DNA of 64,000 nucleotides from Brevundimonas sp. (lineage in GTDB: Bacteria; Pseudomonadota; Alphaproteobacteria; Caulobacterales; Caulobacteraceae). Position numbers and translations under genes: made by a program. Under the pieces are notes generated by a model that saw only the letters and a list, made by a program, of their open reading frames with translations, was not told where the DNA came from and searched no databases. Shown here in pieces: positions 29,639 to 41,105 of this stretch (the first letter of the stretch is position 1; every line of letters starts with the position of its first letter). The stretch lies in assembly GCF_029945885.1 (NCBI RefSeq), contig NZ_JAQSDK010000033.1, positions 38,822 through 102,821 on the forward strand. The letters run 5' to 3'.

Positions 29639-30466
29639 ATGACCGGTGATCAGAAGCCCCACGACTGGCGGACCGCGATGCCCTGGCCGGGCCCGGAGAC
29701 GCACAAACACGCCCGCGGCCGGCTGGGGGTTGTCAGTGGTCGATCCAGCCAGACCGGGGCGGCCCGGCTGGCGGCCCGCGGCGGTCTGAGGATCGGGGCC
29801 GGGGTGGTCAGTCTGCTCTGCCCGGTCGAGGCGGTGGCGGTCCTGGCCCCGGCGGTCGAGGCGGTGATGCTGAAGCCGTTCGGCGATCCCGAGGTGCTGG
29901 CCGAACTGGCCGAGGGCCTGGACGCGGTCGTGATCGGCCCGGCGGCCGGCATCAATGACGCGACAGTGGCCCACGTCCAGGCCCTGGCCGGGACCGGGGC
30001 GGCCCTCGTCATCGACGCGGACGGACTGACGGTATTCGCGGGATGGCCGACGGATCTGTTCGCCGTTCTGGACCGCGATGACGTCCTGACCCCGCATGAG
30101 GGTGAATTCCGCCGGCTGTTTCCCGATCTGCTGGCGCTGGGGCGGGAGCAGGCGGCGACCGAGGCCGCGGTCCGGGCCGGGGCTGTCATCGTGCTGAAGG
30201 GGCCCCGGACGGTCATCGCCGCCCCGGACGGGCGCAGGGTCATCAATGACAATGGAACGCCCTGGCTGGCCACCGCAGGCAGCGGGGACGTACTGGCCGG
30301 GATGATCGGCGGCCTGCTGGCCCAGCGGATGGACAGTTTCGACGCGGCCTGCGCCGCGGTGTGGATCCATGCCGAGGCCGCCGCCGGGTTCGGCCCCGGC
30401 CTGATCGCCGAAGATCTGCCCGACCGGCTGCCCGCGGTCCTGGCCCGGCTGTGGCCGGGCCAGTGA
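29639..30466 (+). CDS. nnrD: ADP-dependent NAD(P)H-hydrate dehydratase (YjeF C-terminal domain only)
   Basis: HKHARG, VIDADGL, LTPHEGEF, LATAGSGDVLAG motifs. Confidence 0.92.
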   Translation: MTGDQKPHDWRTAMPWPGPETHKHARGRLGVVSGRSSQTGAARLAARGGLRIGAGVVSLLCPVEAVAVLAPAVEAVMLKPFGDPEVLAELAEGLDAVVIGPAAGINDATVAHVQALAGTGAALVIDADGLTVFAGWPTDLFAVLDRDDVLTPHEGEFRRLFPDLLALGREQAATEAAVRAGAVIVLKGPRTVIAAPDGRRVINDNGTPWLATAGSGDVLAGMIGGLLAQRMDSFDAACAAVWIHAEAAAGFGPGLIAEDLPDRLPAVLARLWPGQ

Positions 30467-30473
30467 GGCGAAT

Positions 30474-33119
30474 CTAGTCGGCGGCCGCGGCCTTTTTCGC
30501 CGCCGGTTTCTTCGTGGCCGGCTTCTTGGTTGTCGCAGCCTTGGCGGCCGGCTTCTTCGCCGCGGGTTTCTTGGCAGCGGCCTTCTTGGCCGGAGCCTTC
30601 TTCTTCGGCGCGGCCCCGGCCTTGGCGGCCAGCAGGGGCAGGGCCTGTTCCATCGTCAGGTCCTCGGGCGTGGTGCCCTTGGGCAGGGTGGCGTTGATCT
30701 TGCCCGATTTGACATAGGGGCCGAAGCGCCCGGCCATCACATGCACTGGATCGCCCGTTTCCGGGTGTGCGCCCAGGTCCTTCAGCGGGGCCACGGCAGC
30801 CCCGCGTCCGCCGAACTTGCCCGCCCGTTTCTCGGCCAGCAGGACCACGGCGCGGTTCAGCCCGACCTCGAACACCTCATCGATGTCGGCGACATTGGCA
30901 TAGGTGCCGGCGTGCAGGACGAACGGCCCGTAGCGGCCCAGGCCGGCGGTGATCATCTTGCCGTCCTCGGGGTGTTCCCCGACCTCGCGCGGCAGGGCCA
31001 GCAGGCGCAGGGCCTGCTCCAGCGTCAGGGACGCCGGCGACCAGCCCTTGGGCAGGGACGAGCGTTTCGGCTTCTCCTCGCCCGGCGGGGTGGTTTCGAC
31101 ATAGGGGCCGAAACGGCCGATCTTCAGATTGACCGGCTGACCCGTGACCGGGTCGACACCCAGGTCGCGATCGCCGCCGTCCGCGCCGCCACCGTCAGCG
31201 TCGGGTGACGCCACCGGCCGGGTGAATTTGCAGTCGGGATAGCGTGAACAGCCGACGAAGGCCCCGAAGCGGCTGGTCTTCAGGGACAGTTGCCCCTGTT
31301 TGCACAGCGGGCATTCGCGCGGATCGCCGCCGTCCTCGCGGGCCGGGAAGATGTGCGGGCCCAGCGACTCATTGAGGGCGTCGAGGATGGCCGTGGTGCG
31401 CAGCTCGCCGGCGGCCTGGGCCGCGACATGGAAGTCGGACCAGAATTCCCGCAGCAGGACCTTCCAGTCCAGCTTGCCGGCCGAGACCTCGTCGAGCCGG
31501 GTCTCCAGCGCGGCGGTGAAATCGTATTCGACCCATTTGGCGAAGAACTGTTCGAGGAAGGCCGTGACCAGCCGTCCCTTGTCCTCGGGATAGAAGCGGT
31601 TCTTGTCGGTGCGGACATATTCGCGGTCGCGCAGGGTGGTCAGGATCGAGGCATAGGTCGACGGACGGCCGATGCCGAGCTCTTCCAGCTTCTTGACCAG
31701 GGTGGCTTCCGAGAAACGCGGCGGCGGCTCGGTGAAATGCTGATCGGCGCGCACAGCCTCGACCCTGGCTGTGGCCCCTTCCTTCAGGGTCGGCAGACGG
31801 GTGGAGTCGTCGTCCTCCTCGGTCTCGGTGCCCTTCTGGCGTTCGTCGCGGCCTTCCTCATAGACGGCGAGGAAGCCGTCGAAGGTCACCACCTGGCCGG
31901 TGGCGCGCAGGCCGGTCTGGCCGTCGGGCGTCTCGACCTCGACCGTGGTCCGGTCGATGCGGGCCGATTCCATCTGCGAGGCGACCATCCGTTTCCAGAT
32001 CAGCTCGTACAGCCGCTGCAGGTCGCCATCCAGGCGCAGGGACTCCGGCGCGCGGGCGATGTTGGTCGGGCGGATGGCCTCGTGGGCCTCCTGGGCGTTC
32101 TTGGCCTTGGTCTTGTAGTAGCGCGGCTCCGACGGGACGAAGGCCGGACCGAAGCGGTCGGCGATGACCTCGCGGGCCTGGGCGATCCCCTCGGGACTGA
32201 CGAACAGGCCGTCGGTCCGCATATAGGTGATCAGACCGCCGGTCTCATCGACGCCCTCATACAGTTTCTGGGCGGCCTGCATGGTGCGCTGGGCGGTGAA
32301 GCCCAGCTTGCGGCTGGCCTCCTGCTGCAGGGTCGAGGTGGTGAAGGGCGGGGCCGGGCTGCGCTTGATCGGCTTCTTCTCGATCGATTTGATCGTGAAC
32401 TGGCCGCTGTTGATCGCGTCGCGGGCGGCGAAGGCCACGGCCTCCGACGGGATGTCGAGACGCTGGATCCGCTTGCCCAGATGTTTGACCAGCCGGGTGG
32501 TGAAGGGCGGGCTGTCGGCGGCCAGATCGGCCTCGACCGACCAGTATTCCTGGGCCTTGAACTTCTCGATCTCCATCTCGCGATCGACGACGATGCGCAG
32601 GGCGACCGACTGGACCCGACCGGCCGAGCGGGCACCGGGCAGCTTGCGCCACAGGACCGGCGACAGGGTGAATCCGACCAGATAGTCCAGCGCGCGGCGG
32701 GCCAGGTAGGCGTCGACCAGTTCCATGTCGATCTGACGCGGGGCGGCCATGGCCTCGAGCACGGCGGCCTTGGTGATGGCGTTGAAGGTGACCCGTTCGA
32801 CCGGGGTGTCCTTCAGGGCCTTCTTCTTGGTCAGCACCTCGAGCACGTGCCAGCTGATCGCCTCACCCTCGCGGTCGGGGTCGGTCGCCAGAATGACGCG
32901 GCTGGCGCGTTTGGCGGCCTCGGCGATCTCGGACATCCGCTTGGCGGCGCGGGCGTCGATCTCCCACGACATGGCGAAATCGTCGTCCGGCAGCACCGAA
33001 CCGTCCTTCGACGGCAGGTCGCGAATGTGGCCGTAGGAGGCCAGGACCTCGAAGTCGGACCCCAGATATTTGTTGATGGTCTTGGCCTTTGCGGGGCTTT
33101 CGACAATGACGAGATTCAT
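30474..33119 (-). CDS. topA: DNA topoisomerase I
   Basis: IVESPAKA, ATDPDREGE, SAGRVQS, ITYMRTD catalytic Tyr, one Zn ribbon, Lys/Ala tail. Confidence 0.99.
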   Translation of the reverse strand: MNLVIVESPAKAKTINKYLGSDFEVLASYGHIRDLPSKDGSVLPDDDFAMSWEIDARAAKRMSEIAEAAKRASRVILATDPDREGEAISWHVLEVLTKKKALKDTPVERVTFNAITKAAVLEAMAAPRQIDMELVDAYLARRALDYLVGFTLSPVLWRKLPGARSAGRVQSVALRIVVDREMEIEKFKAQEYWSVEADLAADSPPFTTRLVKHLGKRIQRLDIPSEAVAFAARDAINSGQFTIKSIEKKPIKRSPAPPFTTSTLQQEASRKLGFTAQRTMQAAQKLYEGVDETGGLITYMRTDGLFVSPEGIAQAREVIADRFGPAFVPSEPRYYKTKAKNAQEAHEAIRPTNIARAPESLRLDGDLQRLYELIWKRMVASQMESARIDRTTVEVETPDGQTGLRATGQVVTFDGFLAVYEEGRDERQKGTETEEDDDSTRLPTLKEGATARVEAVRADQHFTEPPPRFSEATLVKKLEELGIGRPSTYASILTTLRDREYVRTDKNRFYPEDKGRLVTAFLEQFFAKWVEYDFTAALETRLDEVSAGKLDWKVLLREFWSDFHVAAQAAGELRTTAILDALNESLGPHIFPAREDGGDPRECPLCKQGQLSLKTSRFGAFVGCSRYPDCKFTRPVASPDADGGGADGGDRDLGVDPVTGQPVNLKIGRFGPYVETTPPGEEKPKRSSLPKGWSPASLTLEQALRLLALPREVGEHPEDGKMITAGLGRYGPFVLHAGTYANVADIDEVFEVGLNRAVVLLAEKRAGKFGGRGAAVAPLKDLGAHPETGDPVHVMAGRFGPYVKSGKINATLPKGTTPEDLTMEQALPLLAAKAGAAPKKKAPAKKAAAKKPAAKKPAAKAATTKKPATKKPAAKKAAAAD

Positions 33120-33220
33120 GATGGACGGGTTCTCGGAAAGGGGCCGGGAACGTGGTTGGCCGGACGGCCCGTGTCAATCGACCATCTGAAACCAGCGCCC
33201 GGACAGGGGGGGGGGACGGA

Positions 33221-34306
33221 TCAGAGCGAGGCCAGGCCTCCCGGCAGCAGGGTGGCGCGCCCGACCAGACTCAGCTCCAGAAGGGCGGCGGCGACGGCCC
33301 CGACCGGGGCGTTCAGGGCCCGCGCCAGCTCGTCACGCGGGGTCGGGGTCGGCGACAGCAGCGCCGCGACCCGCTCGATCAGGGCCGTATCGACATCCTC
33401 TGCCCCGTCGCCGAACGGGTTGTCGACCGGCGGCTCGCCCAGCGACCTCAGGGTCTCGAAGGCGCGTTCGATGTCCTCGATCCCCTCACACAGGATGGCC
33501 CCCTGACGCAGCAGTTCATTGGGGCCGCGCGAGCGGGGATCCAGCGGCGATCCCGGTACGGCGAACACGTCGCGCCCCTGTTCCGCCGCCAGCCGGGCGG
33601 TGATCAGCGAGCCCGAGCGCAGTTCGGCCTCGACCACCACCACCCCGCGCGACAGGCCCGAGATGATGCGGTTGCGGCGGGGAAAGTCCCGCGCCTGGGC
33701 CCGGGCCCCCATCGGACTCTCCGAGACGACACAGCCGTCGGCGACGATCTGTTCGTAGAGTTCAGCATTGTCGGGCGGATAGACGTCATCGACCCCGCCG
33801 CCCAGCACGGCCACGGTCCCGGTCGGCAGGGCCCCGGCGTGGGCGGCACCGTCGATGCCCCGGGCCAGGCCCGAGACCACCACATGGCCGGCTGCCCCCA
33901 GCTGGGCCGCCAGACCCCGCGCGATCCTCTGCCCCCCGGCCGAGGCGATGCGGGCCCCGACCACGGCGACACAGGGCCGCGACAGCAGGGTCGGGTCACC
34001 GCGCGTCCACAGCACCGGTGGCGGCGGATCGACGGCGGCCAGTCGTGGCGGATAGTCCGGATCGCCGATCACCATCAGCCGCGCGCCCACGGCTTCGCCG
34101 GCGGCCATCTCGGCCTCGATCCGCGCGGCGGGGGGAGGGGTGAAGCCGGTGCCGCCGGCCCGGCGGGCCAGGGCGGGCAGGGCCTCCAGCGCGGCGGCGG
34201 CGCGGCCGAACCGTTCGAGCAGTTGCCGGAACGTGACGGGACCGACGCGCTCGGCGCGGGCGAGCCGCAGCCGGGCGAACCGTTCCGCCGCGTCCGGCGC
34301 GCTCAC
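33221..34306 (-). CDS. dprA: DNA-processing protein DprA
   Basis: [35 protein letters not shown]; GTG start overlaps the plsY stop. Confidence 0.96.
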   Translation of the reverse strand: MSAPDAAERFARLRLARAERVGPVTFRQLLERFGRAAAALEALPALARRAGGTGFTPPPAARIEAEMAAGEAVGARLMVIGDPDYPPRLAAVDPPPPVLWTRGDPTLLSRPCVAVVGARIASAGGQRIARGLAAQLGAAGHVVVSGLARGIDGAAHAGALPTGTVAVLGGGVDDVYPPDNAELYEQIVADGCVVSESPMGARAQARDFPRRNRIISGLSRGVVVVEAELRSGSLITARLAAEQGRDVFAVPGSPLDPRSRGPNELLRQGAILCEGIEDIERAFETLRSLGEPPVDNPFGDGAEDVDTALIERVAALLSPTPTPRDELARALNAPVGAVAAALLELSLVGRATLLPGGLASL

Positions 34307-34944
34307 GTCTTCTTGGCGCCCAGCCGGGGTTCGGTCCCCTTCAGCAGCCGGGCGATGTTCTGATGGTGACGGATCCAGATCAGCGCGGCGGTGCCGGCCG
34401 ACAGCAGCAGGATCGGGGTCGGGGCCGGAAGGTGCAGGGCCGGAACGGTCAACATGGCCAGGATCGGGGCCATGGCCGCCGCGACCAGGGCCGCCAGTGA
34501 CGAATAGCGCAGGGTGAAGGCGACGATCAGCCAGCAGGCCCCGGCCATCAGGCCCAGCGGCCACCAGGCCGCCAGCAGCAGGCCAAAGAAGGTCGCCACC
34601 CCCTTGCCGCCCTTGAAACCCAGCCAGACCGGGAACAGGTGGCCGATGAAGGCTGCGCCCCCGGCGATGGCGGCCAGCGACGGCACGCCCGGAAACAGGG
34701 CCTGAACGATCAGATAGGCCGCGGCCCCCTTGCCGGCGTCCAGCAACAGGGTGGCCAGGGCCAGGTCCTTGCGGCCCGTGCGCAGCACATTGGTCGCGCC
34801 GATATTGCCCGAACCGATGGTCCGCACGTCACCGGCCCCGGCGGCGCGGGTGATGACCACGCCGAACGGGATGGAGCCCAGCAGATAACCACCCGTCGCC
34901 ACGAGGGCGAGGGTCAAAAGGGCCGGGGCAACCAGATCCTGCAC
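34303..34944 (-). CDS. plsY: Glycerol-3-phosphate acyltransferase
   Basis: [30 protein letters not shown] motifs. Confidence 0.97.
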   Translation of the reverse strand: MQDLVAPALLTLALVATGGYLLGSIPFGVVITRAAGAGDVRTIGSGNIGATNVLRTGRKDLALATLLLDAGKGAAAYLIVQALFPGVPSLAAIAGGAAFIGHLFPVWLGFKGGKGVATFFGLLLAAWWPLGLMAGACWLIVAFTLRYSSLAALVAAAMAPILAMLTVPALHLPAPTPILLLSAGTAALIWIRHHQNIARLLKGTEPRLGAKKT

Positions 34945-34959
34945 GTTTGAGTCTCCCGT

Positions 34960-36246
34960 TTAGCGCGCGTCATGGACGATGCGTCCACCGACGAGGGTGA
35001 GCAAGACCCGACCTTGCAGACGGCGGCCATCGAACGGCGAGTTGCGGGATTTGGACTTCAGGGTCGCCGCGTCGACCACGATCGGGGCCCCGGGATCAAA
35101 CAGCACCAGATCGGCCGGGGCGTCGGCTTCCAGCACGCCCGACTCGAGGTCCAGCAGGGTGGCCGGGCCGTGGGTCAGGGGACGCAGCACGTCCAGCAGG
35201 TCCAGTCCGTCCTCATGGTGCAGGCTCAGGGCGGCGGCCAGCAGGGTCTCCAGACCCACGGCACCCGGCGCGGCCTCGGCAAACGGGCGACGCTTGTCCT
35301 CGGCCGGGGCCGGAGCATGGGCCGAGGTGATCACATCGATCAGGCCGTCGCGCACCGCCTCGATCAGGGCCAGCCGGTCGCTCTCGGCCCGCAGCGGCGG
35401 GTCCAGCCGGTAGAAGGTGCGGTAGTCGCCGATGTCGAGCTCGTTGAAGCACAGATGGTTGATCGACACCGAGGCGGCGACCTCCAGCCCCTTGGCGCGG
35501 GCGCGGGCCAGACTGTCCAGCGCGCCCTCGGTCGAGATCTGGTCGACGAGGAACCGCACCCCGGTCTGTTCGACCAGGGCCAGGTCCCGTTCCAGCTGGA
35601 TACGTTCGCCGATGGCCGGCGATCCCGACAGGCCCAGCCGGGTGGCCAGTTCGCCCGAGGTCGCCACCGTGCCCTCGCTGAGCCAGGGCTCGCTGGGGCG
35701 GCAGGCGATCAGGGCGTTGAAGGCGACCGCATAGCTCATCACCCGCTGCAGGGTGCGGCTGTTGGTGATGACCCGGTCACCGTCGGTGAAATACAGGGCC
35801 CCGGCCTCGGTCATCAGGCCGATCTCGGCCATGCGCTGACCGTCCAGCGCGCGGGTCGCGGCCCCGGCGGCCCGGACATTGACCAGGTTCAGCGCAGCCC
35901 CGCGCCGCTGGATGAAATCGACCATGGCCGGGTCATCAACAGCGGGATCGGTGTCAGGCTGGATGACGATGGTGGTCACCCCGCCGGCCGCGGCCGACAG
36001 GCTGGCCGACTTCAGCGTCTCCTTGGGCTCGGCCCCGGGCTCGCCGGTCTTGACCCGGATGTCGATCAGGCCGGGGGCCAGGCACAGGCCGTCGACGTCA
36101 ATGACCTCGGCCCCGGACGACAGGGGCGCGGCCGTGCCGCGGATCACCTCGATGATGCGGCCGTTCTCGATCAGCAGGGCCCCCGGACCGTCATAGTCGC
36201 TGGCCGGGTCCAGCAGCCGGGCATTGACCAGGGCGAGGACGCTCAT
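34960..36246 (-). CDS. pyrC: Dihydroorotase-like protein, probably the inactive ATCase partner PyrC'
   Basis: DHOase fold with EPG and NPPLR-like LDPPLR, but HxH reads RVK and the catalytic Asp reads SAHAP. Confidence 0.85.
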   Translation of the reverse strand: MSVLALVNARLLDPASDYDGPGALLIENGRIIEVIRGTAAPLSSGAEVIDVDGLCLAPGLIDIRVKTGEPGAEPKETLKSASLSAAAGGVTTIVIQPDTDPAVDDPAMVDFIQRRGAALNLVNVRAAGAATRALDGQRMAEIGLMTEAGALYFTDGDRVITNSRTLQRVMSYAVAFNALIACRPSEPWLSEGTVATSGELATRLGLSGSPAIGERIQLERDLALVEQTGVRFLVDQISTEGALDSLARARAKGLEVAASVSINHLCFNELDIGDYRTFYRLDPPLRAESDRLALIEAVRDGLIDVITSAHAPAPAEDKRRPFAEAAPGAVGLETLLAAALSLHHEDGLDLLDVLRPLTHGPATLLDLESGVLEADAPADLVLFDPGAPIVVDAATLKSKSRNSPFDGRRLQGRVLLTLVGGRIVHDAR

Positions 36247-37226
36247 CGGGCATCTCCGTCGAGGCGGGCGGACAGGGCGGCGAGCACCGCCATGCGCGCG
36301 GCGACACCCATTTCGACCTGGTCCTGGATCAGGGAGATGGTCAGGTCGTCAGCCACGTCGGAATCGATCTCGACGCCGCGGTTCATCGGGCCGGGGTGCA
36401 TGACCTTCGCTCCCGGATTGGCCCAGGACAATTTCTCACGGTCCAGACCCCAGAAGCGGAAATATTCACGGGTCGACGGCACCAGCGCCCCCTCCATCCG
36501 CTCCAGCTGCAGGCGCAGCATCATGACCACGTCGCAGCCTTTCAGCCCCTCGCGCATGTCGTGGAACACTTCGCAGCCCCAGCGGTCGGCGTCGCCCGGC
36601 ACCAGGGTGGGCGGCCCGATCAGCCGCACCCGGGCCCCCATCATCGACAGCAGGGCCACGTTCGAGCGGGCCACGCGGCTGTGGGCCACGTCGCCGCAGA
36701 TGGCCACGGTCAGGCTGGTGACGTCGCCGAAGGCGCGGCGCAGGCTCAGCAGGTCCAGCAGGGCCTGGGTCGGATGTTCATGACGGCCGTCCCCGGCATT
36801 GACCACGGCGCAGCCGACCTTCTGCGACAGCAGGTCGGCGGCCCCCGAGGCCCCGTGGCGCACCACCAGGATGTCGGGCTTCATCGCGTTCAGGGTGACG
36901 GCGGTGTCGATCAGGGTCTCGCCCTTGGCCACCGAGGAGGTGCGCGGGCTCATGGTCACCACATCGGCCCCCAGCCGGCGGGCGGCGATCTCGAACGAGG
37001 CGCTGGTGCGCGTGGAGTTCTCGAAGAAGACGTTCATGACCGTGCGGCCGCGCATCAGGTCCAGCGTCTTGGCCGAGGAGCGGTTCAGCGCGACGAAGGC
37101 GTCGGCCAGATCCAGCAGATCGCGGGCGGTCTGGGCGTTGAGATCGCCGGCGGACAGGAAATGCGATCGGGGGAACGGCACCATCCGTTCGGAGATCAAA
37201 TCGGTGACGGCGTTGGGCTGGGTCAT
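36243..37226 (-). CDS. pyrB: Aspartate carbamoyltransferase
   Basis: [32 protein letters not shown] motifs. Confidence 0.98.
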   Translation of the reverse strand: MTQPNAVTDLISERMVPFPRSHFLSAGDLNAQTARDLLDLADAFVALNRSSAKTLDLMRGRTVMNVFFENSTRTSASFEIAARRLGADVVTMSPRTSSVAKGETLIDTAVTLNAMKPDILVVRHGASGAADLLSQKVGCAVVNAGDGRHEHPTQALLDLLSLRRAFGDVTSLTVAICGDVAHSRVARSNVALLSMMGARVRLIGPPTLVPGDADRWGCEVFHDMREGLKGCDVVMMLRLQLERMEGALVPSTREYFRFWGLDREKLSWANPGAKVMHPGPMNRGVEIDSDVADDLTISLIQDQVEMGVAARMAVLAALSARLDGDAR

Positions 37227-37249
37227 CGAGGCCCGCCTATACGGCTGAG

Positions 37250-38170
37250 TCAGAGGAAATGGAACAGGCCGAGCAGGATCGGGATGGTTATCGCACTGCC
37301 GACCGTGGTGAAGGCCACCACACCGGCCATCAGCGGGGCGTCGCCGCCCATCTGCCGCGCCAGCACATAGGAGGCCGCCGCCCCGGGGGCCGAACCGGCC
37401 AGCAGGGCCACGCCCTGGGCCAGCCGGTCACCGCCCAGCAGACCCGCCGCATAATACATCCCGACCGGCAGCAGGATCAGCTTGATCGCCGAGATGGTCA
37501 CGATCAGCAGCGGCCGGGCGGCGGCATAGCGGAAGCTGAGCCCGGCCCCGGCCGTGATCAGGCCCAGCGCGATGGCCCCGGGTCCCATCAGGTCGAAGAC
37601 CCGGGTCAGCAGGGGCGGGGGTGCCAGCCCCGTCAGGTTCAGGGCGGCACCCAGACCGCAGGCCCAGATGATCGGGTTGCGCGACAGCGAACGCAGGGCC
37701 AGCCGCCAGCCGCCGCCCTGGCCGGCCCCCCAGCGCGACAGCACCAGCACGCAGATGACATTGAGGGCCGGGGCCAGCACGCCGAAGGCCATGGCCGCGG
37801 TGCCCAGGCCCGCCGGTCCGAACACGGCTCCGGCCACCGGCAGGAAGACGAAGCCGTTCCAGCGGATTACGCCCTGGAAGACGCTGGTGAAGCCCGGATC
37901 GCTGACCGGCAGCCACGGCCGGGCCAGCAGCGTCAGCCCGGCGACGGCAAAGGAGACACCGATGGTGGCGGCCGCGACCGGTCCGGCGGTGCCCGCCCCG
38001 AAATCCGCGCCCCAGACGGCCGGCACCAGGAAGGCCGGATAGAAGATGAAATAGGTCAGCCGTTCGACCGCGCGCCAGCCATCGTCGGCCAGGAAGCTGC
38101 GCATCTTCAGCCCCCAGCCGAGGGCGATCATGGCGAAGACCGGCACGATGCCGGTGAGCAGGGCGCTCAC
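37250..38170 (-). CDS. AEC family transporter
   Basis: About 10 TM helices; [20 protein letters not shown]. Confidence 0.88.
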   Translation of the reverse strand: MSALLTGIVPVFAMIALGWGLKMRSFLADDGWRAVERLTYFIFYPAFLVPAVWGADFGAGTAGPVAAATIGVSFAVAGLTLLARPWLPVSDPGFTSVFQGVIRWNGFVFLPVAGAVFGPAGLGTAAMAFGVLAPALNVICVLVLSRWGAGQGGGWRLALRSLSRNPIIWACGLGAALNLTGLAPPPLLTRVFDLMGPGAIALGLITAGAGLSFRYAAARPLLIVTISAIKLILLPVGMYYAAGLLGGDRLAQGVALLAGSAPGAAASYVLARQMGGDAPLMAGVVAFTTVGSAITIPILLGLFHFL

Positions 38171-38643
38171 CTCTGTTCGGCGACGCGGAGGCGGTCCAGC
38201 GCCCCCTGCAGGATCCAGGCGGCGGCGGTGCGGTCGACGACGTCGGCGCGGCGCTTGCGGGTCAGGTCCAGCTCACCGATCAGGAAGCGTTCGACCGCGC
38301 TGGTCGACAGCCGCTCGTCCCAGAAGGCGATCGGGATGTCGCGCAGCCGCAGCAGGTTGCGGGCGAAGGCGCGGCAGGACTGGGCCCGCGGCCCCTCGGT
38401 GCCGTCCATATTGGTCGGCAGGCCGATGACCAGGCCGCTGACCTTGCGATGCCCCATCAGCTTGAACAGATGCTCGGCCTCGATTGTGAATTTGGATTTG
38501 CGGATCAACTCCAGCGGGCTGGCGATCATCCGGGTCACGTCCGAAACGGCGACGCCGATCGTCTTTTCGCCGAGGTCCAGACCCATCCACGCAGTTTGCG
38601 GCGGACAGGCGGCAGGCAGGTCGAGGAGCGGAACGATTGACAC
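38167..38643 (-). CDS. ruvX: YqgF/RuvX pre-16S rRNA nuclease
   Basis: LDLGEKTIGVA, GLP, WDERLST, VDRTAA; GTG start inferred. Confidence 0.95.
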   Translation of the reverse strand: MSIVPLLDLPAACPPQTAWMGLDLGEKTIGVAVSDVTRMIASPLELIRKSKFTIEAEHLFKLMGHRKVSGLVIGLPTNMDGTEGPRAQSCRAFARNLLRLRDIPIAFWDERLSTSAVERFLIGELDLTRKRRADVVDRTAAAWILQGALDRLRVAEQR

Positions 38644-38716
38644 ACTGTGGCGGTAGGGCTGGCGTCGCCGCGTGTCAAAGGACAAGATGGCGCAACGTCA
38701 AAGGGGGAGTTTTGAC

Positions 38717-39250
38717 ATGATCAGACATCCGTTGCTGCTTCTGGCCATCGCCGGGACCGTCACCGCCTGTGATTCCGGGGTGGAAACCCGCAAGAATGCC
38801 TTGCCGGAAGCGGGCTCCGCCACGGCCACCGCCGCCGCGACCACCCCGGCCACGGCCTCCGGACCGGCCCAGTCCGTCCAGGCCCAGTCTGACGACTATC
38901 TGCAATCGGCCGCCTCGGTCGTGGCCGTGACGCCGCTGACCGCTCCGGGGACCGATGCCAAGCTGTTCGGCCTGGCCGGGGGCGATCCGGCCCTGAACGG
39001 CGACCATGCCTATCTGGCCTTCTTCATCGATCCGTCCGAGGGCTGGCGCGTCTTCCCCCTCGGCGATTTCGAACGCTGGAGCGTGGGCGAACAGGGCCCC
39101 GGCCGGTTCGTTCTGGAGACGACCCAGGGCCGGATGGGCGACGACGGCGAGATGGTCACCGGCGAGGTCAAACGCTTCATCATCACCTGGGAGTCGGGCG
39201 GCCCGGACGCCCCGGCACCGTCGACGATTACCGTCACCCCCGCGACCTGA
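38717..39250 (+). CDS. Putative lipoprotein
   Basis: Leader [18 protein letters not shown], Ala/Thr linker, GGDPALNG motif. Confidence 0.75.
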   Translation: MIRHPLLLLAIAGTVTACDSGVETRKNALPEAGSATATAAATTPATASGPAQSVQAQSDDYLQSAASVVAVTPLTAPGTDAKLFGLAGGDPALNGDHAYLAFFIDPSEGWRVFPLGDFERWSVGEQGPGRFVLETTQGRMGDDGEMVTGEVKRFIITWESGGPDAPAPSTITVTPAT

Positions 39251-39272
39251 ACGCCAAAGCGGGCTCTCCACC

Positions 39273-39301
39273 TTGTGAAAGGCCCGCCGGGCGGCTAATC
39301 C
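39273..39301 (+). promoter_or_regulatory. Sigma70-type promoter of gatCAB
   Basis: TTGTGA-N17-TAATCC. Confidence 0.55.
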
Positions 39302-39333
39302 GCCCGCTTGACCTGTCACGTCTGGAGAGCCGC

Positions 39334-39621
39334 ATGGCCATCGACGCTGCGACGGTGCGCAAGGTCGCGCACCTCGCCCGTATCAAGACCCCGGAAGACC
39401 GGCTGGAGCCCCTGGCCGGGGAGCTGAACGGCATCCTCGCCTGGATCGAGCAGCTGAACGAGGTCGACGTCGACGGCGTGGAGCCGATGACCTCGAACGT
39501 GGCCCAGGCCCTGCGCCTGCGCGATGACGTGGTCACGGACGGCAACAAGGTCGCCGATGTGCTGGGCAATGCCCCGCAGTCGACCGACGGCTTCTTCGTC
39601 GTGCCCAAGGTGGTCGAATAG
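39334..39621 (+). CDS. gatC: Asp/Glu-tRNA amidotransferase subunit C
   Basis: KVAHLARI...LRDDVV...FFVVPKVVE. Confidence 0.97.
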   Translation: MAIDAATVRKVAHLARIKTPEDRLEPLAGELNGILAWIEQLNEVDVDGVEPMTSNVAQALRLRDDVVTDGNKVADVLGNAPQSTDGFFVVPKVVE

Positions 39622-39623
39622 AT

Positions 39624-41102
39624 ATGAGCGATCTGACCAAACTCACCCTCAAGGCCGCTGTCGATGGCCTCAAGGCCAAGCAGTTCTCCTCGGAAGAGAT
39701 CACCACGGCCTTCCTGACCGCCATCGAGTCCGCCAACCCGACCCTGAACGCCTTCGTCACCGTCACCGCCGACAAGGCGATGGACATGGCCCGCGTCGCC
39801 GACGCCCGGCTCGCGAAGGGCGAGGGCGGCACCCTCGAGGGCGCGCCGCTGGGCATCAAGGACCTGTTCTGCACCGACGGGGTCCAGACCACGGCCGGCT
39901 CCAACATGCTGCGCGGCTTCGTGCCGCCGTATGAATCGACCGTCAGCGCCAACCTGTGGCGCGACGGGGCGGTCATGCTGGGCAAGCTGAACATGGACGA
40001 GTTCGCCATGGGCTCGTCGAACGAGACCAGCGCCTTCGGTCCCGTGGTCAATCCCTGGAAATCAACCGGTTCCAACGCCGACCTGACACCCGGTGGCAGC
40101 TCGGGCGGCTCGGCCGCCTCGGTTGCCGCCGACCTGTGCCTGGCCGCCACGGCCTCGGACACCGGCGGCTCGATCCGCCAGCCCGCCGCCTTCACCGGCA
40201 CGGTCGGCATCAAACCCACCTACGGCCGGGCCAGCCGCTTCGGCATGGTCGCCTTCGCCAGTTCGCTGGACCAGGCCGGACCGATCACCAGGACCGTCGC
40301 CGACGCCGCCCTGATGCTGAAGTCGATGTGCTCGTTCGACGTGAAGGATTCCACCAGCCTCGACGTCCCGATCCCGGACTGGACCGCCTCGGTCGGCCAG
40401 TCGATCAAGGGCCTGCGTATCGGCGTGCCGAAGGAATATGTCGTCGACGGCATGCCGGCCGAGATCCAGAATCTGTGGGATCAGGGTATCGCCTGGCTCA
40501 AGGACGCCGGCTGCGAGATCGTGCCGATCAGCCTGCCGCACACCAAATACGCCCTGCCAGCCTATTACATCATCGCCCCGGCCGAGGCCTCGTCCAACCT
40601 GGCCCGTTATGACGGCATGCGGTTCGGCCACCGCGCCGAGGGCACGACCAGCCTGACCGACCTGTACGAGACCAGCCGCGCCGAGGGCTTCGGCGGCGAG
40701 GTCAAACGCCGTTTGATCATCGGGGCCTATGTGCTGTCGGCCGGATTCTATGACGCCTACTATGTCCGCGCCCTGAAGGTCCGCCGTCGCATCGCCGAGG
40801 ATTTCGACAAGGTCTGGGGCCAGGTCGACGCCATCCTGACGCCCTCGACCCCGTCGGCCGCCTTCGCTCTCGGCGACAAACAGATCGATCCGCTGCAGAT
40901 GTATCTGAACGACATCTTCACCGTCACCGCCAACCTCGCCGGCCTGCCGGGCATCTCGGTCCCCGCCGGCCTCGACAGCGGCGGCCTGCCGCTGGGCCTC
41001 CAGGTCATCGGCAAGGCGCTGGACGAGGCGACCGTGTTCCAGGTCGCCAGCGCGCTGGAAGGCGCGGCCGGTTTTGTGGCGAAGCCGGAGAAGTGGTGGT
41101 GA
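39624..41102 (+). CDS. gatA: Asp/Glu-tRNA amidotransferase subunit A
   Basis: [22 protein letters not shown] amidase signature. Confidence 0.98.
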   Translation: MSDLTKLTLKAAVDGLKAKQFSSEEITTAFLTAIESANPTLNAFVTVTADKAMDMARVADARLAKGEGGTLEGAPLGIKDLFCTDGVQTTAGSNMLRGFVPPYESTVSANLWRDGAVMLGKLNMDEFAMGSSNETSAFGPVVNPWKSTGSNADLTPGGSSGGSAASVAADLCLAATASDTGGSIRQPAAFTGTVGIKPTYGRASRFGMVAFASSLDQAGPITRTVADAALMLKSMCSFDVKDSTSLDVPIPDWTASVGQSIKGLRIGVPKEYVVDGMPAEIQNLWDQGIAWLKDAGCEIVPISLPHTKYALPAYYIIAPAEASSNLARYDGMRFGHRAEGTTSLTDLYETSRAEGFGGEVKRRLIIGAYVLSAGFYDAYYVRALKVRRRIAEDFDKVWGQVDAILTPSTPSAAFALGDKQIDPLQMYLNDIFTVTANLAGLPGISVPAGLDSGGLPLGLQVIGKALDEATVFQVASALEGAAGFVAKPEKWW

Positions 41103-41105
41103 TCC

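Noticed and set aside
31290-33506. 738-aa plus-strand ORF
   Set aside because: Antisense shadow of topA, as expected in high-GC coding DNA; no motifs.
34972-36783. 603-aa plus-strand ORF
   Set aside because: Antisense shadow of pyrC'/pyrB.
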